A program made the position numbers and the translations under genes. The notes beneath the pieces are model-generated. The model was given only the letters and a program-made list of their open reading frames with translations. It was not told where the DNA came from and searched no databases. A stretch of 52,526 nt of DNA, taken from NCBI RefSeq assembly GCF_001194135.2, contig NC_068999.1, positions 53,318,683 to 53,371,208 of the forward strand, in the 5' to 3' direction. Positions 26,192 through 38,000 of the stretch are shown piece after piece. Source of the stretch: Octopus bimaculoides. Lineage: Eukaryota. Numbering within the stretch: the stretch's first letter is position 1; every line of letters starts with the position of its first letter.

Positions 26192-27168
26192 AACATTTGC
26201 TGTCTGTACGATAGAGATAAATAGATGTATAATAGACACGTCTTGCCGCACTGCTCTTGGTAGAAATAATGAAAAGCTAGAAGGGAAACTGACTGCGATA
26301 GTTTGCATGTGTGTATAAAGATAGCGGCCGCGTGTGATGAAAAAAAAGGGATATCTTTATTTCTATCCTTAAGGTCCCTAAAAATGTGTTTACGCTCGTG
26401 TGTGTGTGTTACTGATAAATTACGGTCATTATTTTAAAGCAGATTCGAGAATTTAAAAAACATTTACTAATAGTGAGGCTCGATGCTGAAACTAATGAAA
26501 TTTATAAAATTTTATAACAAATTTTACTTGTCTCCTCTTCCAGTAACTGTTTTGTTATTCTTAGGCTTGCTTTAAAATATTAGCTTTTAATTTATCAGAT
26601 GTGTTTGTGTATGTATGTATACATAAGTGCATAGGTGATATACAATTGAATCCCAAAATTATTTTTACACACATGCCCGCGCGTTGGTATTAGCAAACGG
26701 GAGAAGTAGTTTCAATATATGCCTATTATATTTGACTGAACGTTTCGTCAGACGGCTAATGAGATATTCTTCCATGTGGAAAGTCGCTAGTAACGGCATA
26801 CATATAGGATTTCGCTACTTTAAATCGAATCTTTTATAGTTAGTTTGCTGGATTCTCCTCTCCCACTTATGAAAGATATGCAAATTACTGACCAATTATA
26901 AAAAGGAAAAAAACACACAAAACGGATCAATCTGACATCTTGTAGATAAAATCTTTTCGTTAAAAGAAATATACAATTAGATTTAAAACTAGTTGTTTTT
27001 CCCTAAATATACAATTTGGCTTTTGCAAACTTAATCAAATATTTAGTCGACATGTTCTGAATTATAGTTATTGCTTCAGATTCTTAACTACAGAAATGAA
27101 TGTCGCTCCACAAAAATAGCTCCTTTAAGTTTAAGAACTATGGATGGAATTAATTATATATATATATA

Positions 27169-27356
27169 NNNNNNNNNNNNNNNNNNNNNNNNNNNNNNNN
27201 NNNNNNNNNNNNNNNNNNNNNNNNNNNNNNNNNNNNNNNNNNNNNNNNNNNNNNNNNNNNNNNNNNNNNNNNNNNNNNNNNNNNNNNNNNNNNNNNNNNN
27301 NNNNNNNNNNNNNNNNNNNNNNNNNNNNNNNNNNNNNNNNNNNNNNNNNNNNNNNN
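27169..27356. other. Assembly gap (N run) upstream of SDR exon A; could hide a small 5' exon
   Basis: Ns. Confidence 1.
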
Positions 27357-27527
27357 CACACCGATGGGGTGACATAGGCTCGGGAATAGAGAGGGGTGCA
27401 AGTGTTTCCCTTAAAATTTTCTTTGTGGCAATGAACACCCATCTTGGAAAACTTCATCGCCAAAGCGATTTGAACGTCACTTTCTATTGGATTTGTCTGA
27501 TTTGATTGATGTGCAAATATTATTACT

Positions 27528-27748
27528 GAGGCGGCGAACAGACAGAATCGTTAGCACGCTGGGCAAAATGCTTAGTGGCATTTCGTCCGTCCTTACGTTC
27601 CGAGTTCAAATTCTGCCAAGGTCGACCGTTCGTCCCTTTGGGGTCGATAAATTAAGTACCAGTGAATCACTGAGGTCGATGTAGTCGATTAGTCCCCTTC
27701 CTTCAAATTTCAGGCTTTGTACCTATAGTAAAAAGAGATTATTATTAT
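27528..27748 (+). mobile_element. SINE family A, subfamily with ATT-type tail
   Basis: ggcggcgaacagacagaatcgttagc head, gagttcaaattc B box, ggggtcgataaattaagtaccag core, ends in gattattattat. Confidence 0.88.
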
Positions 27749-28874
27749 ACTTGTGTATGTTTTGATATTAAGATTGAATGAAGTCGACCTTGTCCGTAAA
27801 CAATTTTGGATCTGGGTCTGCACCCACTAAGCATATTTTGTTTCTGCGTTTATGAGCATCGGACAAAATACTCTAGTATGTTAATTTGCCTTTCTGTTGA
27901 GCTCACATCTTGTCCAAATTCACTTGTGCCGTGATCGATGGAGATAACTACTGGATTTTGAAGTAATTGGCTTTATGCTAGAAGGAAGTGTTCCGTTATG
28001 ACTATAACCCAATGAGTGAAACCAATTAAATGCTTCCCTCTTCTCTTCTTGTTCGTCAAATATCTCTCAGGCTCCTCGGTTTCAACTTTTACAAATATAA
28101 TATAGTTCTACCTAGTCACACAAATTTAAGCCACATTGCTCTAATTGCACATGACCCCGTATTTAAATAAGCAATTAAATTTTTTGGTTTTGCTAACTGG
28201 TGCAAGCAAGAATGATTATAGAAGACAGTATTAGACTCGGTGATGTGACAAAACATTTGAAGAATGTCAACGGTGTATGAAAGTTCTTCTGAGGCTTATA
28301 TTTCCCATCCCATTCACGTCCGACCAAGGAAGAGAATTTTTTTCTTGGTGTGCTTTTTCTTACACTTAAAGTTTTGGGGATTTTTTTTTTTACCTAATTT
28401 AGACAAATAGCTGATTTTTTTGAAAGTGTGAAATAGTTTCTATATTTTTACCTATCCCTTCAGAATTTTTTTTCTTTCTGTAAACAGCTCTTAAATTTCA
28501 TGACTTCAACAAATACAAAATCTTTCATTTTGCATACGCACGTGTAAGCAAATTCATTCATACATACTATATAAACATAAGGTACAAAGATACAGCAAAT
28601 TTAATAAGCTCAGATAACGATGATCTGTACTAGAAGCAAGGTGAGACCTGAATCTTCTGCGGCAATTGTGGAAGAGAAGTGAACTAAGTTTCTTGCAAGA
28701 ATTAGGCTTGTGAAAAAGCTGACATTACCAAAGTATTAGCTCTTTTGCAAGATCTAGGGTTGTTGGGGGAGGATGGATTCATAATTATCGCTGTATCTTA
28801 ATATTTTACCATGAATTTTTTTTATACGTAAATTTAACTATTTCTGACCTTACAATCTTTTCCTTATTTTTCAG

Positions 28875-29088
28875 TGGTTCTGGTGACTGGTGCATCTGGG
28901 TTTGTTTCTCCTTATATCATCAAGCAACTTCAGGAGAACAGCTATAAAGTGAGAGGAGTGGTGCCAAATGTGGACGACGAGAAAAAGAAAGAGGAGAAGG
29001 TGAAGGCTTTGCAAAACTTATGTCCAGAAGCTGCTAATAAGCTCGAGCTGGTGGAGGTGGACAGCAGTAAATCTGATGCATGGGAAGA
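28875..29088 (+). CDS. SDR coding exon A (Rossmann beta1-alphaB-beta2: VLVTGASGFVSPYIIKQLQENSYKVRGVVP...DAWE)
   Basis: Pyrimidine tract plus CAG acceptor ending 28874; GTAAGT donor at 29089; entered in phase 1, left in phase 2. Confidence 0.93.
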
Positions 29089-32000
29089 GTAAGTATCCCT
29101 GCTAACCCTTAAGGAAATACATCATTAGAGCGTCGGACGAAATGCTTTGCAGTATTTACTCGGTCCCTTTTATACATTGAGTTACAAACTCCCTAAGGTG
29201 AACTTGTCATCGATAAGATATGAACCAGTGAAAAACTAGTCGCCTCTACCCCTCCCTCAAAATGTAGTCTTGTACCAGAGATAGAAATTGTATATTACTC
29301 CATGTCTTCTCATTATCTGTCTGTCTGTCTATCTATCCCTGTTTTCTCTCTGGAGATATAGCGTGTGTCTATTAGCAACAGTTATAGTATTAGTACCTAA
29401 TATCAATCTGTATATCCCACTTAACATAAATATACTGTAAGAAGGCTGAATACTGCGGTATTCGTCATCACAAAGCATCTGTAAGAAGTACTTCAAGACG
29501 AATACTGCAGCATTGTGATGTTCTTATAGTATATTCACGTTAAGTAGGATGTACAGATTGTTGAAGATACAGACCATGAGAAGGGTCTTAATGTTTTGAC
29601 TCGAATATCATTTCAACAGTTACTATAGAGATACATGGATGTGAAAATATTTTTTAACCCTTTAGCGTTTAAAGTTGCCATATCCGGTCCTGATATTATA
29701 CCTGTTCTACGGTCAAACCAGCTAGATCCAGCCTCTCACACCTATCCTACAATGTTATAATAAAAATAAGCAGTCACATCATCAAAATCTCAAAGCTATG
29801 AGATAATGCATTATTAATTGAAAACAGTGTGATTAAATAAGCATTACATTTAGTAATTCGAATACTAAAGGGTTAATAATTAATTGCTCATATCATCTAT
29901 CCATATTTTCTACCCCTGGCAGATAGTTCATCAGATAAGATTAGTATCTGCAATATACAAAGCTCAATTCTATTGAGTGTAAATGTCTTTTGAAAACGTA
30001 TGAAATCCTCAACACCAACTTTCATCACCTAAAGTTTCAGGCTTGCTACTTAAGGAATAAACGTTTACCTTATTTTTTTTTAAATAACATTTTCTTTAAG
30101 ATATGCTCTTAAATGCAACCTGAGGTTTCATTACACAGTCTCAACTCATTTAAAATTCACTTCAAAGCCTAGGGTTTCTGTGACCCTTCCTGCCCCATCA
30201 ATAGGTTTGATCACACAGTTTTCAATTAATAATGCATTATCTCATCGTTTTGAGATTTCTATGATGTGATTGCAATTCTGATACCAATTGGGGCAGGCAT
30301 TTGGATGCTCTCTTTCCTATTTATTGAGCCAAAACTCTGCTGGTACTGAACAGCTGAATCTACTTCAAAATAATAGTTTTCATTTCGGAAAAACCAGTCA
30401 AAAAGCTATGTAAATTCAAAGTATACAATTTCATCTCTGAAAGTTAAGTAATATAAGTTAGTTGATTAAATTGCTCTGGTATTTTGACCCCAGAAAGATA
30501 AAAGGCGGCGAGCTGGCAGAAACGTTGGCATGCCGGGCGAAATGCTTAGCGGTATCTCGTCTGCAATTATGTTCTGAGTTCAACTTCTGCCAAGGTCGAC
30601 TTTGCTTTTCATCCTTTCGGGGTCGATTAAATAAGTACCAGTTATGCACTGGGGTCGATATAATCGACTTAATCTGTTTGTCTGTCTTTGTTTGTCCCCT
30701 CTGTGTGTAGCCCCTTGTGGGAAGTAAACAAATAAGAAAAATAAAAAACATGGTTGGCTTCGATGGTATTTGAACTCAGAACATAGAACTGCAACTACTG
30801 CAAGGTACTTCAATGATTCTGTCAATCCATTTTAATTGAAAGCTTTGTTACTTTCTCTACTGACTACTTGTATGTTTCACAGTCAGATCAATTTTAAAGT
30901 TACTTCTTAGAGGCAGAATTTGAATATGTAAACCTTCTGCAGAGTAAATGACCCAAGTAACTTGAACCATATTGCCTATGTGGCATGGAAAACGAACTTC
31001 TATCAGTGTTGAAATGTTTTGCAAATGTATATTATTGTGCACATCTATTTGGAATATTTTTTAAATGTTTCTCTGATTTTTCTTGGGTTTCTATTTTAGT
31101 TGAACAGCTTTTAAATTTTGCATGAAATATAGGAGCTGGTGTGCTTCAAGGGGAAGGGTGCCTGTTTCAGCTTCTAAATCCAGTTGCTATTGCATTGGAG
31201 ATAAATTGTTCAGTGGACATTTCAAGATTTCTCTTTCGACCAGAGATGAGTTCTGCAGCTTCCAAAACAATAGTATAACTATTTGAATTGGTAGTGCAAA
31301 TCTTTGATTGAACTGTCAGCTCTAAGATATCTAAAGGTAGAAAGGCTAGTTTGGGTTTACCCCTAAAAATAAATTGCAAGAGGTTATGGATGAAAAAGAA
31401 AATGAAATTGCAGACCCTATCAGGTTTCATTTTTAACTCCTTTCTTAGCTCTTGTCCCACAGTTCACTTACAATACATTAAACAAAAATGGCCAGAATAA
31501 TGTTTAAAAAAAAACCTGGATTTAGATAATTCGTTGGAGTGAGTATACTATGGCTAGCAGTCACTCTCCTCATCATCATTGTTTAATGTCTTCTCTCCAT
31601 GCTGGCATGGGTTGGAGAGTTTGATGTGGAGCTGGCTAGCAAGGAGCTGTCTAGAGTCCAACTGTCTGTTGTAGATGCTCTTCCTAACACCAGATGTTTA
31701 TAAAAATAATTAGGGATTTTTTTTGTTTTTGTTTTTTTATGAAGTTTAATATTATACTATAGATCTAGATATCTACTTCAATGTGGAGCAGGTGCTGAAC
31801 TTGGTAACAAAATCACATATATGCTAAGTTCCCCTCTTGACTAAGTTATTTAAATATGTTACTAAAATAACTTTTAAATGTTTTTCATAATAGCTGAATA
31901 TTTGGACTTGAGTGTCTGAAACTGATATTAACCAGCTGGCTGGCCTCCAAACTGGTATGCATCAATGACATCATTGGATCACAGATGTGCTTCATACACT

Positions 32001-35000
32001 GGCTCACGAATTTTCAATTTCAAAGAATGACTAGTTAAATTTCTAATCAAGAATCTTGTGTTTGTATCTAATTAACCCTTTAAACCTGCCATATCCAGCT
32101 CAAATATTCCAGCTGTTTTACATTCAAACTGGGTAGATTCAGCCTCTTCCACCTACCACAATGTCATTCTAAAACAAAACAAACACCACCAAAGTCTTAA
32201 AGCTACAAGATAATGCATAATTACTTCAAAACGATGTAAATAAATAAGCATTACATTTGCAAAAGGTCTAGTCACTCTTATTGTGGTGACTGTGTGTCCT
32301 AATAAACTAGCTTTGTTTCATGTGCAGCTATTCCTTTTGTTTTTGATAGCAACAGATAGGATATATCTAGTAGGAATTAAAACTTTGTATCCATTTCTTG
32401 TAACAATGGATTTTCTAATTATGGTTGCTTCCATTTTTTTTTTTCTTTCAGACCAGTAAAAGGTTGTCAATATGTTATTCATGTCATCAGTCCATTTCCC
32501 AACAAAGAGTCGAAAGATGATAATGAATTGGTACAACCTGCTGTCGATGAGACATTAGCTGTTCTGAAGGCCTGTGTGGCTGCCAAGACAGTCAAAAGGG
32601 TTGTCATGACCAGTTCTTCAGCTGCTATCACATGTAAGTATGATTCCTATCAACTTCTGGAACAAATGTGTATGATATTTTGTCTGAGAAAATGGTGCCT
32701 GGTAAATATATCCTGCTTCTTTATCTGCAAGCAGTGAAATGTTTTGACTATTGTGGTAACAAATATATTTTACAGCTGAATGCTTTAAGCTCACTACATC
32801 GGCCGACTAATTTGCAATAAAATATGAAAAACCTTGTTAATTTTCTAAACTGTATTCTTTGTTTTCCACCATATATTCTTACTTTAACATGGCACCATTG
32901 TTTTACTTAAATGTGTTCTTATTAATTACAGCTAGCTGTTAATGTATGTATATTTATCACCAAGGTTAATAACCACAACATAGCTGACAGAAAATTTGCT
33001 TGAAATGACACGCATACATACAGATAAGCAGTGTGAGGCACATATTCCAAGCTAAACTAACCAGATAATACCAGACATTAAAACAAAATTTTTACATGGT
33101 CGTTAGCTAATGATGTCAACAGTTGCTATTTGCATGTCATTTTCTCTGATGACATAAAGCGGGTTTGTTGAGTGATGACATTCCAGGAAATGGCCATTTG
33201 TGTCAAGAGATATAGTGTCAAAGCTACAAGCCTAAAATATTTCTTATTGAAAATTCCTGACTAGTTATTTTGAGGAGGTGTAAAAAAAGGATGGACAAAA
33301 AAAACAGCCATACAGTTTTTGACTCCACATATTGAAATAATAAACTCTAGCCAACTCCATGAGCATCTGTTAACCATCTCTAAGCTCTAAAGTGGTTGTT
33401 TCCTGAAAGGTTAAAAACTTTATATGATGTGTTTAAAACTTGGAGTTTCCTCTTACAAAGCACTTCTATTTTGGTAATGTTAAAAGGAAGTAACTATTGT
33501 AACTATCCTTTTTTTTCTCTCTTAATCACTTGATGACTTTTTTGATTTCATCACTTGCATTTGGGAAGGAAATACCTATTCACATAGAATTTTAAGTGAA
33601 ACATTTGTGTCAATGTAGCATTCTGTGGAATATGAATTTAACATTTAAAGCTTACATGACTTGTTCCTACAATGACTTAATGCCTGTTTCAGAAAGATAT
33701 CCAAGATTATATACACTGAAGGAGTACAACAGAGCAAGAAGAAAGCTAGCTAAATAACATCTATTACCTCACTACAAGTATATTATAATAACAATAGCTG
33801 CAATACTTACTTAAGGCCCTATCCATTGATTTGTTCTTGTTTAATCAAAGCTCAACCTTGATCAAGGCAACCTATGATCAGAGATATTCCAATCATGTCT
33901 TTAGGGATATGCCCAAGAATATATTGTCCAATATATCCTTTCCCTATTTAAAATGGTAGTGCAGTTATGGAAGATTTGGCTACTATTTCTAGCATATTGA
34001 ATGAACACAGAGGTTCTAGTTGATACAGGTATTGTAGGATATTGTTTTAGTTGTTTGGCCTTTTTAACTTCCTGACCATCATTAAAAATCAATTGTATTG
34101 TTTTCCTGTCGGTGAATTTTAACTTAACTATAACTAGTGTCAAATCAAAGTACTATGGGAATCTACGTTTTAACAAGGCTTTCCCAAATTCTTTATTAAT
34201 GAGCATCACAACTTATTCTTCTATATTTTTGTCTGACATGTTTTTTTCTGTGTAGAAATGTATTACTAAGGCAGTTATTTTTTTTATTGCAGGCCATGGT
34301 GATGCTGCTGGAGATTCAAAAGCTTTCACTGAAGAAGCTTGGTCTGATCCTAGCAAGCTGGATCCTTATGGCAAATGTAAGACCCTTGCAGAAAAGGCTG
34401 GCTGGGAGTACATCAAGGAACTGCCAGGTGAGAAGGCCACTGGTGTCTTTATTGTGAGGGTTGGTTAAGAACAATTGGGAGAGTGTTTTATCAGCTGGTA
34501 GTGTAGTATTGTAAATGGTATATTTTTGAATTGGTGTGGAAATGGTCTAAGAGTTTTTGTTGATGGCAAAAGAAAAGGTGTAAAGTAATCTACTGGGTGT
34601 TTTGGGGCTGATTAATGATGTCTTTGTAGGAAATAGCAAAGTTAGAACTATTTAAGTGGTGTTTTAAAGTAAATTGTTCTGTATTAGACACTAGTCTGGC
34701 ATGCTCAGTCTCTTTCTTTATTTTAAGATCATAGTAAAAATATGAATATAATTTTAGCTCCAGAATCAATACCCATTTCAAATTATCATATAAATGCTTC
34801 TGTGATTTCAAGTATTACAATCATATTTTAAGAAATTGGTTTTGTTGTGCAGATAGGATTTTGCTATGAAAGCTACAGTTTTAAATTTAGTTATATTTCC
34901 CTAAGTGGAGTAGATACAAGGGCCAAAATATTGACTATTTTAAACAATGCATGTCCATGTATTCGTAGAATTTCAGTGAAATAGTTTCATCTTTCTCAAA

Positions 35001-38000
35001 TATTAAGTCCATTTTTTTGTATATTTTAGATGAAGATAAAATAGAGCTTACTGTAATTAACCCTTCATATGTGATGGGTCCAGTACTGCCAGGAACTACA
35101 TGCTACAGTTCAGAGGTATGTTACTTGTTTATATAACATTTATTGACTCTGTACAGATAGAATAATAGTTGTATTAATCTAGGTCCGCCTTTCTATTATA
35201 CATTCCTATTCCCCTGAATTTTCAGTGAGAGTTAACAAGAATGGAATCTATGGCTTATTCACAAAGGCTTCAAAATATTTTTCATGAGATAAAAAACATT
35301 AACATCTTGTCCAATCATCACTCTTATTTTAGCCACTTCTGGCTCATATCAACATCTACCATGAAATACCACATAAAAACTCACACACACTCCTATTTTT
35401 CATATTCTTCTATTCAACACTTTAATAAAATTATTCAATTTCTATAATAATTCTCTTGAAATAACATACTCCAGTGAATCAATAGCTCCAATTTAATTTA
35501 ACAACTATCATTTTAACATCCACTTTTCCATGCTTGTATGGAAGAGTTTTATCGAGGCAGATTTTCTATGGCCAGATGCCTTACCTGTCACCAACTTTTA
35601 CCTGTTCTCAAGTAAGGGAACCAGACATGATCATAGAGAACATTGGGAATGGATGAGATTCCTTGGATGACAGTGGCAATCATTTTACAACTATGATGCC
35701 AAGACAAGAAGACACAAACACATGGAAACTGTGTACAAGCAACACCTCTACATGTAGTTTCTCCATCTACCAAATCCATTCACAAGGTTTTAGTAGATGC
35801 TTGCCCAAAATGCTTCAAAGTGGGACTTCACTCAGAACCATGTGGTTGGGAAGCAAGGGTTCTTACTACACAGACTGCACCTAATGACTACCTGAAATAA
35901 GCTAAAAGCTAGCCGACCCTCCTCACCACTTGGATCAATCAGACTTGATGATTTCTTTCCTCGTGGCATCTAATGTGCTTGCATTGTCTGCTAGAAATAT
36001 CAAAATTCTCTCAAACTTTGCTTCTCTCTTAAAATGACACAGAACAGTATTCACGATATACAAAAGGACTGACATTAGGATGGGGTGGGCATAATTTATC
36101 AGGGCTGGCATATGGCTAAATTAATCAGTTGTGCAGGGGATTTAGTAACCAAGAAAGTAAATGACTCGTTTTATCTGAAATTTTTCTATATTACTCTTAA
36201 ATTGTTTTTAGATTGTTCAAGTGTTGTTGGAGAGAAGCAGTTTGGTCATTCCCAAGTTGAACTTTGCAATTGTTGATGTCAGAGATGTGGCCAGTGCTCA
36301 TGTCAAAGCTATGACCCTGGAGGAAGCTGCAGGTAAGAAGAAATTAAACACTGAAAAATCTTTCTCATCCAACATGACAGCATCCACACACCTGCCTCAA
36401 GTTGCAAGAAATATGAACCGATTAACTTTGAATTATGCCGTTATCTTAATGGTTGAAGAACGGTACATTGGATAATATAGTCATAGATATATTATGTATA
36501 AATAAAATAAAGCATAATCAGTTATAACACCTAAGGGACCATAAAATGTCCTAATAATGTTGGAATGCTCAATCTACACAAGAAGGCAAAAGTTATGAGC
36601 AAATAAATGAGCCTGTACAAAGTCACTTGATCTGCTAGAAATAGTCAATTTGCCTTCAAATCATTCTAGGCTGCCTTAAAAAGGCTGTGTTGCATAAGGT
36701 TGTCTGGATTACAATATTCTGCAAAAAAAATGGTATGATTATGGCTGAAATAGTTATGTCTATTCTCTTGAGCTGACCAGTCAGCTTCAACAACTGATTG
36801 AATCACCAGCATTGGTAGTTTAATTAACCAATTATTTCACACTCAGACCAAAGAACACCAAGCAGTTTCCCCAAAGGGCAATGTTTTGTCTGGGGATTAC
36901 TTTAAAGATGACTGTTTACAGTCTGAAGCTGGTCTGATTGTTGCTGGCACCCACCTAAAATGTGTAGCCTTATATCTATAATTGCTCTTCATAATGAGCC
37001 TAACTGGCACTCTATCAGTTATCATGACAAGGGTCCCTGTTGGTCTGATCAGCAGAACAGCCTGCTCATGAAATAAACATGCAAATGGTTGAGCACTCTA
37101 CAAACATGGGTACTCTTAACACAGTTCCCATGGAGATTCAGCATGACACAGGCTAGTCCTTTGAAATACAAGTACTGAGCAGACTGGAGCAACATGAAAT
37201 AAAGTCTTGCGCAAAAACACCTGCTAGGTATCATGCGAAATAACCTAACCACTAAGCCACACGCCTTCACAATAAGCCATGTCTGTTACTAGATTAATGT
37301 CCCATATTTCATTTTTTCCCCATTTTGACATAATAACCAAGTTATATTTGTTTTCTCTTCAGGAAAACGTTTCATTGTGCACGCTAATGAAATGTGGATG
37401 AAAGATATTGCTCAAGTATTGGCCAAGGAGTTTAAATCTCAAGGTTAGTAACATTTTTATTTTTCTATAATGAAATTTCAACAAATAATCATGAAAGCTA
37501 TCAGTATGTCACAAGTATGAATGAGCATTGGCATTAATGTAGTTCAGTTTTATCTAAAAATTGGTAAAGAGCAGAAGAATAACAATGTATTGCACTGTTA
37601 AGATAGGAAACTGCTGCAAGCCAATGAGGGAGCTTCTACAGGGTTTCTCAACCTGTTAGAAATAGCAACCAGATTTCACTAGTTTCTTAAAGAAAGCATA
37701 CATCAAATGCAGTTTTAAACTTTGGAAAGTAAAAAGAATGGATTTCCATGTTTTGGTTACATATCTGCAAGATCAGAACTGAAATAGGTGAAACTAGTTT
37801 CCTTATTAATGTTGGAACCTCTGCACTGTTACTTGACCTATTAGAAATAGCAACCAGATCTGTAAATCACACGTTGCTGCCTTAGAAATGGATAATATGG
37901 GAGCAAGTGCAGTGTGCCTTGAAGAAAGATTGAATTTAAATGGTTTTGCTATGCTTGCTCAATCGAGGTTAATCCGATACTAAAGGAGACAGTAGTAAGC

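Noticed and set aside
28500-28543. ATGACTTCA...GT|GTAAGC as the first coding exon
   Set aside because: Phase 2, incompatible with exon A.
28620-28640. ATG...AAG|GTGAGA as the first coding exon of the SDR
   Set aside because: Phase 0, whereas exon A needs phase 1; the phase-1 frame contains TAG. It could still be a non-coding exon.
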